From Paraspadella gotoi (Eukaryota; Animalia; Chaetognatha), in contig CM119267.1 in the NCBI GenBank assembly GCA_051294375.1, positions 3,619,793 through 3,683,792 of the forward strand: DNA of 64,000 nt, given 5' to 3'. A program made the position numbers and the translations under genes. Each line of letters opens with the position of its first letter. Position 1 is the first letter of the stretch. This document shows, piece after piece, positions 1-14,000 of the stretch. The notes under the pieces are model-generated. The model did no database searches and was not told the DNA's origin. It saw only the letters and a list, made by a program, of their open reading frames with translations.

Positions 1-277
1 CGATCGTCTTAAAATTTTTTTGCGAACAGAATAAAAAAAAATACTCTTTTCGCTTCAAAGCATTTTTCTTTTTTCGATAAAATTTAACATCTTAGCAGGT
101 GGTTAGGGGTAGGTCGACTTGGTCGCGATAAAAAAAGAACCAATTGAGTCTTTGAATAAGTTGATGTAAAAGTTGGACGGCGGTTTCGAAACAATCAAAT
201 TATTGAACGAGGCTGAGACCGGTGACGCAGCCAAGGCAAAACAAGACAAGACAAAACAAAACAAAACTCTTTTCAAG

Positions 278-619
278 GAAAACTCCTCCACGTCGCTCAT
301 GTGTGGGAAATGCCAATGGCGACTCATAGAAATCTCTTGCCTCGCCGTCCTTTCCCTTTTTCTCTTTCTCCTCCTAGTTTATTTTCTCTACACAAAATGT
401 TTTCGCGGACGAAGATCGAGCGATGAAGGAACCGGCGAAGCATCCGCCCACGGAGACGAGCGCCATTCCGTCGACGTCAAGTTCCACGCCGTCGCCGTAG
501 ACGTGGAGGCCGCGCGCCCCACGAACCGTTCTGGACCCGAGTCTCGACCCGAGGAAGGGGACTCTGATTACGGATCCGCGGAATACGATAAAAGAGACCC
601 GCATTCTGTAACCGCGTGA
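278..619 (+). CDS. Terminal exon (or short gene from ATG 299) of a single-pass membrane protein
   Basis: Frame is closed upstream (TAA 167-169). Candidate acceptor tttcaag ends at 277. Encodes a hydrophobic stretch LIEISCLAVLSLFLFLLLVYFLY, then basic KCFRGRR and an acidic tail; TGA at 617-619. Family not recognised. Confidence 0.55.
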   Translation, partial: ENSSTSLMCGKCQWRLIEISCLAVLSLFLFLLLVYFLYTKCFRGRRSSDEGTGEASAHGDERHSVDVKFHAVAVDVEAARPTNRSGPESRPEEGDSDYGSAEYDKRDPHSVTA

Positions 620-1047
620 CAACGACTCTGGCCAAACTATTTTAATTATTACTACATTTTCTCGCGTGATTTTTTTCTTTTTCGTTTACACCGCACGATC
701 TCGTTTTATGTATTATTTCGTCACTTTTTTTTTACCTCTCTTTTGGTGCAAAAGATCTTTTGAGGTTGAGAATTATGAAAGAGAGACCAAACTTTGCATT
801 TTATTATTTGGTTAAATGCAACATTTATGCAAGATTTAAGTATTTTTTAATGTTTTTAAACATTTGAAATTATTTTTTTTGTTTCCATTCAGATGAACCA
901 ATTTCTTTGCTAAAAACGGATAAAATACTGCTAGTTTCTCCATACCTTAATTTAATTTGAAAATGTTGACTCACGTCAATGAACTAAGCGTTTGATTATT
1001 CATTTTTTCCTATTGTTTATTATTTTTACACAGAAAAAGTATTAAAG

Positions 1048-1999
<952 letters not shown>

Positions 2000-2613
2000 T
2001 CAAAGTCACGGATCCCATCTCATCTAGTCTCTGTTTTTTGTTAAAACCTTTCTGTATTCGCCATTTTTGGGCGGGTGGTGGGGGCGGTTGGTTTTTTTGT
2101 AGCGGCGTATCATAAATGTACGCAATATAATTTGGATTTTATTTGGATTTTTTCTTTATTAATACGTCTTTGTTTTCTTATCCGTCTCGAGTCAATTAGC
2201 AACGACGACGCCAGAAGTGCCTGAATACAATATTAGCCGCGAGCTGATTATTCGCAATTACATTCGCAATTGTATTTGCTTTCGCGTTCTTCGCACGAAT
2301 GCGCCGATCTTGAATCTCTTACGTCCGGTTTTTTTTTAAATCTTATAGACGATACGAAAAATCATCCGCACGCAAGCGCCTCAGCTTCATTGGGTGGGAT
2401 AGTGGCACTCGTATATTTGCACATTAGCTTCTTCCATTTTTTACTCTGGGGAAAGAAACTTCCGTTTGTTTTCGCTTATAAGACGAATTTTCTCTCGTTT
2501 TGTTAGTTTTTTTTTAGGGGAGGGAGATAGAGAGACAGAAAAACTTTAGCCGTAGTTAAGAGCCCGGGCCGACGCGAGCTGCGGGACATGGGACGATAGG
2601 AATCGTTTGGAAA

Positions 2614-3812
2614 ATGGAGGGGTTCCCGACAGCGACGGCGACGTCGCGGACGACGTGGATCTTCGGTTACGGGTCGCTCGTGTGGAAAGTGGACTTTCCC
2701 TTTGTCCGTAAATGCGTTGGGTACGTCAAGGGCTATAAGCGTCGATTCTGGTTGGCCAGTACGGATCATCGCGGGTACCCCGAGTCCCCCGGTAGAGTCG
2801 TCACCCTCGTCCCTTCAGAGAATCCCGACGATAGAGTTTGGGGCGTGGCCTACGAAATCCCGGCCGACGAAGCTACGAGGAGACACTTGGATCACAGAGA
2901 AAAAGGTGATTTTGATTCGGCAGTCATAGCTGTAGCGGTAGTTTATCCTAACATTGTCTAAATTTAGATGGCAATTGGTGGGATAAGATAAATAAATCCA
3001 AGATAACCCACCTTATCCTGTCCAAAGTCGGGAGCCATATAACTTAATAATTGAATGAATGCATAATTTTATACTATTGGCTATACCAATTTCGCAATAG
3101 TCAGCTTCTTGTAGATTCTAGTGCAATAGTACAATAGTTCAATAGTATTCCTCGATCTGAAGAGAGTGGTCTTTTTATGCCACTTCATTGCAAGGGAAGC
3201 AGTTTCTCTGAGATTTAATCAAGTCGACTAAGATTGTAATTTTCCGGGGTCGTGCTACGTATGTAAAAGGAATTGAGGCCTCTTATCCACGATAGCCTGT
3301 CCAAAGTCGATGGCAAGGTAGCTCATTAATTAAATAATTTTATATAATAATTTTATAAAATTTGATAATAGTATACGTGACTAAAAACAAAACGCAGCAG
3401 AATTCAAAAAATAATCGAAATGAAAGAAGCGTATTAGTCAAGTTGCCATCGTTCCTCACCAGGAGGCTATCGCCGCTGCAACGTGACCTTTTTTCGTCAA
3501 GAAGCGGCGCGCGACGGCGACGGCGTCGATCGCGACGCCGATCTCCCTCGTACTCTTGAGATGACGGTCTACATCGCCGGCGACAACGTGGACGAGTATC
3601 TCGGGCCGAAGCCTCTCGATACCATCGCCGACGTCATCGCCACCACCGTCGGACCCAGCGGCAAAAACTCTGAATATCTCTTGAATCTGGCCGAGGCCAT
3701 GAGGGAATTGGCTCCCGAGGCCGCCGACGACCATCTCTACGAATTGGAGAGACTCGTCCGCGAAAGGCTCCAAGGAAAAGATGAATGGGGCAAAGCTCGC
3801 GCCGAATATTAA
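2614..3812 (+). CDS. CHAC: ChaC-family glutathione-specific gamma-glutamylcyclotransferase, 213 aa, 2 exons
   Basis: Exons 2614-2905 and 3463-3812. [30 protein letters not shown]|[13 protein letters not shown] motifs. Confidence 0.93.
3291..3331. repeat. Short interspersed repeat shared between the ChaC intron and the RhoGAP intron
   Basis: agcctgtccaaagtcgatggcaaggtagct matches the reverse complement of agctatcttgcccctgactttggacaggct (~45580-45610). Core cctgtccaaagtcg is also at ~3017. Confidence 0.55.
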
Positions 3813-4160
3813 TTTATTTATTTATTTTGTTTTTTTATATTCGAGAAGTATTCGTTTTTTTGTTTTGAAGGCAAGTCCGCGCCTTATTTCTACTTTTTGG
3901 TTTTTAGGTGATACGTATCTTTTTGTATCTTCGTTTTGTGACGGCTTGTTACATTTAAGATCTCTTGATTATACTTATACAAATTACCATCATGTTACGG
4001 TATAGTGTCTTTTTTATTTTAAGTATGGTTTGAAATCGCCCATAGTCAGATCAGCGATCATTAGACGTAGTGTCACGCACGTTTGGACTTGTCGAAGGAC
4101 GAGTGACAACTTCGCCGTTCATTTTGGGCCATTTTCGCCATCATCTTCCAAAATAGCATC

Positions 4161-6221
4161 ATGACATCTTCCGAGGGGCTCTTGTCGCTCGTGAACCAAC
4201 TTCAAAACATGGAAACCGCCATGGGCCTCTTCCTAATAGAGACGGCTCTCAAACTCTCCACCTTCCACGATACCAAGTTCTTCGTGATGGTCGACCTTCC
4301 CGAGGGGCGGAAGATCGCCGGCAAGACGGAGATGATCCAATCTTTCGTGGAAGGTCAGCTGCTGCCGACGCCTAGCGACGCCAAGATCGAACTTAACCCC
4401 AGCGTCTCCGCACTGGTAGAGATTCCACTGAGAGGCGGGATAACGCCCACCCCGGTCAGCATGTTCAGCTCCAATTCCGCCAAGCAGGACTCTCGGTAAA
4501 TCTGCGATTCTTCCAGGGGGAAACGAAGAATCCTATAGTTAGGGACGACGTGATAATCGAAATTTGGGGTTTATTTTACTTTCGCCGACTGGGTTTAGGG
4601 AGGGGTTAAGGGTTGCTTAGGGGTGGTTTGGGGTGGTTATTAAAGCGTTTGATTAAAATTCTAAAAGTGAGGAACGAACAACATTATACTAATGAACATT
4701 TATGTATACAAAATTTTTATGCAGTAGGCCATATTTATATTAGTACTAATCCAATAAATGTTACAATTTCAAAATTGTTTTTGTAAGATTTTTTTGCAGA
4801 TTTGGATTCGTCATGAAAAGTTGATATGAAGAAATATAGCTCTTTTTTAAAAATTCTTTCATTAAGTTGATCAAATATAAAAAAACCTATATTTTAAGCT
4901 AAAAAATAGAATTTTATATATTAAATAGTGTTTTTTTTTTAATTTTTAACCCACTTAATAAAAACCGCGGTAGGCGAAAGTAAAATTTAGCCAAAATTTG
5001 TTTCCCCATGTTTCTTCCCCTGGTTCCAGACCGTTCCGCCCTTATCCACCCGCCAGTTTTCGTCAGCCCTACATGTCTTCCTACGATTCTTCCGTCGCCG
5101 CCATGAATCGCTCCGCCGTCTACGACGCCGCAGGCCCTCGCTCCGTCAAGTCGCCGAAGATGAGTTCGGGCGGCGCCTTGTCCCCGAAAGTGGAGACCCC
5201 CTACGACGGGATTTCATCGTCGGGGCGAAAGCGCGCCGGTCAGCCAGGATCGCTCTACGACCCCGCCGGCGTCGCCTCTCCCAAGATGCGAAAGGAAGAA
5301 CTGAAGATCGAAGGCGGAGACGCGGAGGAATCCTCGGTGGTTGGCGACGACGAGGACGACAGCCTCCAGGAGATTTACCCCGACGATGACAATCACGCCG
5401 GCGTCGGCGGCGGCGACGACTACGTCATTCCTTCGTCGGTGGCGCAAGCTCATTTGGCAGGCTCCGTCAAATCGTACTCTCCTTTCGCCACCGCCGGACA
5501 TCATCACCACTCGGACCTGAACAGCGAGGACCACGCCCACCGTATCGCGTTGGCGCAGCAGTTCTCCTACGACGACGTCAAAGCCAAAGACTCGACGGGG
5601 TTCAAGGTGATCGCCAGCATCGTCTACGCCAAGGCCAAGGAGCTTGCCGCCGAGTGCCCCATTCCCAACTACAAGGGGCCCGAGGTGAACAACTACCTTC
5701 GTCAAGAATACCTAGCTTGGTTCGCAGCCACCTTTCCCCGGTTGTACGACACCAAGGCGACGGCCCTCTTCCGCGCCCGCATGCAAATTTGTTTTCAAAC
5801 TATTCGTAAGAAACTTTTTCCGCCGCAACCGTCGCCGCAACAGCAGCAGCACGCGCACATGGGAGCCGTTGCGACGGCGTCTTCCGTGAGTCAAGGCATG
5901 GGCGGCATGATGGTGCCCAGCACGGCGCCTTCATCGGCTTCGGGTACCAGTCTCGGTGGCGGAACAGGGTATCCCGATCGGGCGTTCGGAGACGCCGCCT
6001 CCGTTGACCGTCGCGACGAGATCGGACATCACGATCAAATCGGGCAAGATCACGAGCGGTTGAGTCAAGGCGGCCGCGACGAGGCGGAGGGACAGGATCA
6101 CGAGCGCGATGATCACAACCGGGCTCTTCATTCGGCCAACTTGGAGGCAGGACTCGGGGCAATCCCCCTCAATTCCTACGCCGTCGCCGACAACCGGACC
6201 AACGAAAATTATCCTTTTTAA
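4161..6221 (+). CDS. Uncharacterised 508-aa protein, probably nuclear; two ordered segments separated by low-complexity sequence
   Basis: Exons 4161-4495 and 5030-6221 join in phase 2 (cg|gtaaat...ttccag|a). GC-rich coding-like codon usage; SP-rich, acidic and SUMO-like (PKVE, LKIE) motifs. Confidence 0.75.
4652..4960. mobile_element. AT-rich interspersed foldback/MITE-like repeat, copy A (intron of the unknown gene)
   Basis: 4652-4840 matches the reverse complement of ~33325-33520 (e.g. gcagatttggattcgtcatgaaaagttgatat vs atatcaacttttcatgacgaatccaaatctgc); parts of 4790-4960 also match 33205-33310. Confidence 0.7.
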
Positions 6222-6815
6222 ATATAAATCGTAGGAACCAAAAAAAAAATAACTTTCTAGTCCTCCATGGATCCCGTGTTTCTTTACCCACCGAAAAAAA
6301 AAAGTTTTAATTTTTTTTAACCCTTTTTCGTCGCGTTGTGTTAACATTCGATATTATCCCCGAAGTACAAAGTTTTAAAAAAACACAAAAAGCAAACAAA
6401 TCAGCCCCTCTTCCGACTGAATTTTCATTCTTTCGACGAGCCTCCCGAGCCGATAAAAAAAAAGATCTCATATTTTTTTTTTCACGTGTACTTTTTAATC
6501 CAGAGAATTCCCCAGACGTTTCCATGTTGTCTGTTTTTTATCCCCTTTGTTTTGATCCTTTTTAGCCTTTTGGTCGTAGTGTATCGTTATATGATTACTT
6601 TATATCGAAATCAAGAAGGTTTTTACAAATAAAAAAAGCCTTGGTCTTCAAATCGTTGGGTTTCTTTCAATGTTGATTCTTTGTCATTTACTCTCCATTC
6701 GTCGAATTTTATTCGTCCGCAGATCGGGGCCAATTCGGGGGAGGACTTCTCCCCGCGAGCCAGGCGTGGGATTTTCTTTTGATCTCAAAACTGTTGACAA
6801 TATATCAAAGTAATC

Positions 6816-8384
6816 ATGTCTTCGGATCAAGCGGCAGCCGAATCGGTCATGCAAGACCATTTTCCCCTTCATCGGTATTCGAATATAAACGTTAAAAACT
6901 ATGAAATTAGATAAAATTAGTTAATACCATTTAAGTTCAAAATAGAAGGCATTATATGGCCCGGACCATTAAATAAATATAATGCTGAAAGTGAAAATAA
7001 TATATATTTTCAGCGCGTGCCGCGATGGCGATCCCGCCGCCGTTTACGAGCTGGTCACCTCCGGCGAATTCGCCGTCTTCAGCGAAGATTCCTTCTTCGG
7101 TTGGACTCCCGCCCACTGGGCCGCACGCTTTGATCACATTCACTGTCTCGAGATCCTCTCTAGACAAACGGCGCTTGCCAAAACCAGCGACGTCCTCGTC
7201 AGCGGAACGCAACAGACGCCGTTGCACGTTGCGGCGGAGAACGGGGCCGTCGGCGCCGTGGAATGGCTGGTCAAGCGTCGCGCCAATCCCAACAAAAAGG
7301 TTTTTTTTTTTACACATGAGAAATACATATAACGCGAGATTTGGTTCGTCAGGTTTTGATTTGACATCTTTAGGATTATTCTGGCGAATCTCCTCTTCAC
7401 AAAAGCGCGCGGAGCGGAAACGTGCACTGCATCGTCACCTTGATCGAGAGCGGAGGAAACTGTGGCTTGAAAAATGATCGAGGTTCGTACGCATTAACTA
7501 TTACGTGAAAAGGAAATATATATAATATAATATATATAATATAATATAATAATATAATATATATTAAACGATCGATTATTTTCAGGAGAAACTCCGTCGG
7601 ATCTCGCTCGCTCCATGGGCCACATAAACGCCGCCAACGTTTTGTCGGAACGGCAGATTGGCGGCGCTCTTCTTTTCGGAAATGACTCCGCCATCAATTT
7701 CCTTCCCCCTCGCACAAATTCTTTCTCCTCGAGAATGACTCGTATTCCGCTCGTCAATAATTCGCGACCGAAAAGAAATTGCGACCGGGACGAAGAGGAA
7801 ACCATTCGCAAAAGGTATAAACAGATGAGCAGCAACGCAGTTCCCCTATCCTCCGGCTGCAGCAACCAGCCGCAGAAGGAAAAATACAAACCAAGGAAAA
7901 GATGCATAGTCAATTCCTCCTGTCGCTGAGGAACGGAGTGGCTAAAAAATCCCGGGGATCTCCCCGCGTGCCTCGCCCGGTTATAGAATAACAACCCGGC
8001 GTGCTTAGTCGTAATTATTTTTAACTATAATTTTAATTATAATTACGTTTGTACCCGCATCTCAGGATATGCCTCGGCGGTGGCGTTGACTTCGTTCCCA
8101 ACCTCTCCACTCTTTTTGGAGGCGACTGCGAATCTCCCACCGACATGAAAACCGATGAGACCGCTGGATCGGATCAATCTCCTGACGAAGACGTTTCCAT
8201 GATGGAGGAGGAGACGACGCCGGAGCGCGAAGCCTCCCCCGGCGGCGCCATCCCGCCACATCTCATTCCGCCGGTGGACGCGTTGAGCCACGGCGTCGGA
8301 ATGCCGCTCGGTATCGCCGGATTCGACGCCGGGAAACCCGCCCGGTCCAAATGCGTTTGGTTCCGGAGTTCTTGTTATATATGA
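6816..8384 (+). CDS. ANKRD10: Ankyrin repeat protein, ANKRD10-like, 333 aa, 5 exons
   Basis: Exons 6816-6874, 7014-7299, 7374-7482, 7586-7814, 8066-8384. FPLHRACRDGD, EDSFFGWTPAHWAA, QTPLHVAA, GESPLHKSARSG match the ANKRD10 N-terminal repeats as I recall them. Confidence 0.85.
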
Positions 8385-9153
8385 GGCGTTGTCTTTTCCG
8401 AGGTCGCCTTGCAAACTTTTTTTTTCTTCCGTCTTTCTCAAAATCTCTGGCTAAATTCTCAATCAGCAAATTTTTGTTATTTCTTTGTTGGATTTTATGC
8501 GAAACTCGTCTTCGTGTTTCGTTTTCAGTGAAAAGGAGCTGTTAAAAATGCTGTATTAGCTTGGTTTTTTGGCGACATTGAGGCAGTTATGGTTTGTTTT
8601 TTTTTATTATTATTTTCCAACTACTTGGTAGGAAATATTGTTGCTGTGCCTTAATGCATATTATTTTTCTGTAGATATATTTAGATGTACGATTCCAGGA
8701 CAAGCTTTATCCATATTTTTTTTTGGTTATTTTTTTTTTTCAACGTCTATTTTGACGTTTTACAAGATCATTTATTGAATTCCGCTAATACTAAGGCCGC
8801 GCTTTATATATTTTTTTTCTCGTTTCTTATTCTGTACATTTTGTTGCTCCGTTATCACGATTCGTTTATTCAAATTGACTAATATTAAGAATCTCTCGCT
8901 CTTTTCCTGTCCAAAAAACCGTATTTCCTTTCAAAAAATCTTTTCCATATCACCGCTTGCTTTTTGTCTCAACCACTTTCTGTGGGTTTAATTTTTTGCT
9001 TATATCCTTTCATCATGGTGCTAAGCAATCAATTATTGGTTTTTTTTTTTAGCTATCTGGTAGACAATGATTACACCTTTGCTAGTTACTACATTTGTTC
9101 CTTTACCTAAATCGATTTACTTATTATTCTCTTAGTTGCCGAACCAAGAAAAA

Positions 9154-10433
9154 ATGGGTCCCCCTAAACCCTTGATCGAGACCATGTTAATAACCTTTTT
9201 CGACTTTGTGGAGATTACGGCCTCTTTACTCGCCCCTTTCTTTCAATGGCTTAGGCCTCGAATTTGTGACGCTCCGTCTTGCCCCGTCGCCCCTGCGTCC
9301 TTCTGGCCTTTTTCGTCCAAGACGAACGAGTACGACGACGAAGCCGCTGACAATTGCGTCGTGCGAATGACGCTCGTGCTCTTCGCCATTTTCGTCGTCG
9401 TCGCCGTCCTCTGCTTTAGACTCCAGCAGTTCCTTTCTTCTCTCGCTAAGAGACTTGGTTGGAACACGGAGACGCGCGGCACCAACACCTCGACTCGTGG
9501 CACGAACACGCCGCCGCCGATCGAAACAACCGCGGTGGAGACGGCGACGGATCCTGAAGCTGAGACGGTGAACGGGGCGACGGTCGAACGGACCGATTCC
9601 GGTATCTCCAACGACGCTGACGAAGATGCTCTCAAGTACGATCCGTCGATCCCCGCTCAAATATTTTTTTTTTTATGCTTAAATTCATACGTGTTCCTTT
9701 TCCACTCCATTTTTTTTGTTTAGTTGCGCCGCGAGTACTCGCGGAGCAACTCTATAAGTCACTTTTCGGTCAGTCGGTCGGTATGTCTGTCTGTCGGTCT
9801 GTCTCACTTACATTAAAAACGCTTATATTATAATTTGCCTATAGTTTGTGGCTCATTTGTTGAAAATCAAATCTCAGCGACTACTGCCGCCGCTTTTTGT
9901 TTTTTAAAAAAATAAGTAAATAAGTAAAAAAAAAATAATGCAGCGCAACACCTTGGAATAACTGTTCCTTGTTTTCAGTCGAATGAACGTCCTCCTTCGA
10001 TCCCTGACCGGCGCCGCTCGCGACGTCGGCTTTGCCGTCGGCGATAAAGAATCTCGAATCGAGGAATTGAGTTTCGAGAATCGCGCTCTGCGTCAGTGTC
10101 TCGACGACGAAGAGCAGGTGAAGACTTTAGATTTATTCGCTTATTAAGAATTTTGTTGACTTATTTCGTAATAAGTCAGAAATGCAATCACTTGTAAAAT
10201 GTAGAATCGTCATTCCTGGGATATATTTATAATACTAATAAATATATAATTATTAATATTAATATTTTTCCTTTCAGCTTATGAATTGCGTGGTCTGCAA
10301 ATCCGAGCGTCGAAACGTCATCCTTTTTCCTTGCCGCCATTTGTGCCTTTGTGAAACCTGCGCCTGTCACAACTTCGTCGAGTGTCCTTACTGCAGGACT
10401 CGCTGCACCAAGCAGGAAAAGATCTTTCTCTGA
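9154..10433 (+). CDS. Transmembrane protein with C-terminal C3HC4-type RING finger (RNF26-like E3 ligase architecture), 258 aa
   Basis: Exons 9154-9635, 9979-10117, 10278-10433. TM LVLFAIFVVVAVLCF, a short coiled coil, then CVVCKSERRNVILFPCRHLCLCETC...CPYCR...KIFL. The RING exon is missing from the ORF track. Confidence 0.82.
9716..9810 (+). mobile_element. HINE/DINE-1-like (Helentron-associated) element fragment
   Basis: T-run, hairpin ttagttgcgccgcgagtactcgcggagcaact, ctataagtcacttttcggtc, then a (GTCY)n tract. Same head as 43143 and the reverse complement of ~38815-38855. Confidence 0.55.
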
Positions 10434-11093
10434 TTAATTCAATGAAGCATAGACGAATATTATATTTTTCAATCCAAACATGCCGCGCAGCGAATCATGT
10501 CGACCTTTAATGTGATTCTTTGGTAGCTCATGACGAAAATTCTCAAGTTGATGTTTTTCTTAATCATCTCAGGGAAGAATCTCTAGAAAATCAGGTAGAT
10601 ATTACCTGATTGCCATCAAGTCCAGAATTATAGATGATTTGGTTTTCGTTTTTCGACTCCAACCACCTCACAGTGGCCTTTTTCAGAAAAACAAATTGAT
10701 TTGTATGATTATTTTCATGCAGTATTCTTATTTAGTTAATACCGATGTCTTCCTTATTTCTTGACATGAAATGAAACGCATTCTTCCGTGTAGTACATAT
10801 ATGGATTACACGGTGTGTGACTCATTTTATAAAACGCATTTTTATTTTTCGGATTAACACATCGCAGTGTTATTCTTTATTGATATGAATGTTTGATTCA
10901 ATTTATTACAATTTTTGGAATACTCTTATTTAAATTGTGTCGACTTATTATTTTACAAGAATTTTTAGTTTAAGACTTTCAATCAGTTAGTTTCTTTAAT
11001 GCCTATGTTTACTACTTTAGTTCACCTCAACTCCCTCTTTAGTCTTTACCCCCGTCCTACTTTATAAGCCAAAAAAAGAGGAAAACTTTCATT

Positions 11094-14000
11094 ATGAAAA
11101 CCGAATACGAGGAGCTGGTCTCCTCACAACTTCGGTTGCCGACGGGGTTTTCGCGCTCTGAGGACGAGGGCAATCGCGTGACGATCTTGACGACTTGTGA
11201 TTGGTTGACTTTCGTCCAATCGCAAGGTCGTCTACCTAACGAGGACGTCCTTTCGGGGCGAATATCAGAGGACGATCGTGTCAGAAATTTGGCCCCGTCC
11301 ACCCAACTGGTTCCGGCGCCTTGGATTCGAGTTCGCGTCATCGTGGAACCCAAAAGCGACGCCGTCGTTCAGGTCGTAGTCGATAGCGACGCCGAGGAAT
11401 CGGGCCCCGGCGAGACTCCCTTTTTAAATCTTGCTTCCTTCGTGGCTGACTCGTTCTACGAAAACGTTTGGCGGTCGTTCAACGGCGGCGACCGACCGCC
11501 TCGTCGGCGCATCGTCGAAAAAAGAAGGGACGATGCCGTCGTCGCGGCGTTGGAGGCGCTCTACGAGCCCGGCGAAGCTCGAGACGGCGTGGGCGTGGGA
11601 CTCTCCGAGGATCCCACGGCTTCCTCGATCTCGACGACGGGTGGTCACCCAAACATTGACCCATGCTACTGCGTGCTCGACTGCCGCAAAGCAGTATTGA
11701 TTCTACAGCCTTATTCCCCGTTCAGCCTTTTTCACGCGGCCACGTACACCCAGTCGCTGTTGACGGACAACTACGCAAAGTCGCTCTTCGTCTCGTACCA
11801 AATTTTGAGAGCCATGTCGTTTTGTCACTCACGCGGACTTTACTTGGGCGATCTCAGACTCGACGACGTTAGCGTCAACGAGAAACTTTGGGTGAAAATA
11901 TTCCCTAAATCTTTGGAGGACACTTTCGTCGGGGGAGATAATCGTCGGGGGAATGAAGGGAAGTCGCTATGCGAATCTGGAGTCGATTGGAAAAAACCGC
12001 TCAATGTTTTGACCCAGCAGTGGGTGGAAGGACTCATTTCCAACTTTGACTATCTTATGCTATTGAACCGACTGGCGGGTAAAGTGAAAGGCGATCCCAA
12101 CAATCATCCCATTCTTCCTTGGGTCGTTGATTTTTTGAGCCCTCAGAACTATAGGGATTTGACCAAATCTAAATACAGACTTAACAAAGGAGATCACCAG
12201 CTGGATTTGATGTACGAGTCACAACAACTACAAATACCTGTTGCCCACGATGTCGGAAATTGTTTTCATCAAGATTTTGCTCGCACGCCTCACCATATTT
12301 CCGATATGCTCTCTGACATCACCTACTACGTTTACTGCGCCAGACGCATCGACAAAAGCACATTATGCGCTCACGTGCGAAGCAATTGGGTTCCAAACGA
12401 GTATCCCTCTTCCATGCAGAGGATGTATCTTTGGACCCCCGACGAATGCATCCCCGAATTTTATACGGAGCCCTCGATCTTTACATCGATTCACGAAGAT
12501 CTTCCAAACTTGGACATTCCGCACTGGGCCGAAAGTCCCGAAGACTTTATTGTCAAGCACCGTCAGATTTTAGATGGTCCCTACGTATCGAGACATTTGC
12601 ATCATTGGATCAATCTTACCTTTGGTTATATGCTCTCTGGTCAGCCCGCTGTTTCGAATAAGAATGTTTGCTTGAGATTGGTTGACGGCCATGAAGAAAT
12701 TAGTGCTCACGGAGTTGTACAATTATTTACTCATCCTCACCCTCAAAAACTAGTCAAAGAGATCAATCAGCCGAGTATAATCGAAACTAATAACCTTAGA
12801 GTAAACATAGAATTAAATGCTGATGATTTATCAAACTGTCACATAGCGATCTCCACTCCATTTACTGACACCCACACAGAAGATGCTATTGAAGCATCTG
12901 TTGAATCTACTGAAAAAAAATCTTCAAAGTCTTCTAAGGATGAAAGTAAACGACTTTCGATTGATTCTAAAATTTTATTACCTGAAGGCTTTAATCCATT
13001 AGCACAGCTCGAGGGAGTTGAGGCTCTTTATAATTTTGTGTCTAAAAGCATGCATCGTACTCCACAAAGCGATGTTTGTGCAATTGATAACAGTGACTCG
13101 ATATCACAATCGAGGGTTCAGCGTGATATGGAATGTTTTGCTGTTCTGATGGCGGAAATGATACTCGCTAAACGACTTCGGTTTGAGCTAGGTGACAAAT
13201 TGCTATCTTGGGAAGAACGACGCCAAATCGTAAGGACTGTGTTTGGAGAAAGATTCACTGAAATTCCACGACCATTCAGGCGGATCCTAAAAATTTTGTT
13301 GCTCGAAGGTTCCATCGAGTCCAACTTTTACGGAGCGCCCTTGACTCCTTATGTTCTCTTACATCCTCTTGTTGACATTATTGCATTTCCAGCTTTTTTT
13401 TCGGAGCTTTATTCGTTTATAAAGAAATTACATTTTTTCAACGATAGCCATTGTAGTTATTCAGAAAGCACGTCCAATTTGGCAAATACTGAAAGTCGCA
13501 ACAAAGTTGACTTGTGCGCGAAAGTGTTGCCATCTTTATTACCAAATCTCACTGGCGAATGTCAAGAGATACTTTTGCCTTACCTAAAGGACCTATTTAT
13601 TAATCCACAGACCGCGGTGGCCTCTGCATGGCACTTGTTTGGTATCATTGCCACCAATTTCGGACCCGAGAAGATTATCAAGGATTTTTTGCCATCTTTA
13701 GTTAAACTTTTTCAAGATGAAGGCTCCACCTCAAAACACATGAAACTTTACCATAGAACTTTCATGTTACAGATGATGGTTGGTCTTGGCCTGCAAACCT
13801 TTTTATTGTCATTTTCGACGCTTTTAGTTGAGGCTACCGCTGGTTTCAAAAATTTCGACGATGATTTTATTGAAACGGTCGAAGTCGAAATTAAGGAAAT
13901 TCCTGATGAGATTCTTCTTCGTCAAGAAACTTATTCTGAAAATGAGGAAGAAAATTCTATCGTGAGATCTGCCAGTTCACAAACAAAATCTGATAGTTCT

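Noticed and set aside
4591-4640. GGGTTTAGGG/GGTTA G-rich tract as interstitial telomere
   Set aside because: Irregular and short; more likely part of the adjacent intronic repeat.
10509-10560. ATGA...AA...GA as a SECIS element downstream of the RING gene
   Set aside because: Spacing is too short for a SECIS stem, and no gene model needs an in-frame UGA.
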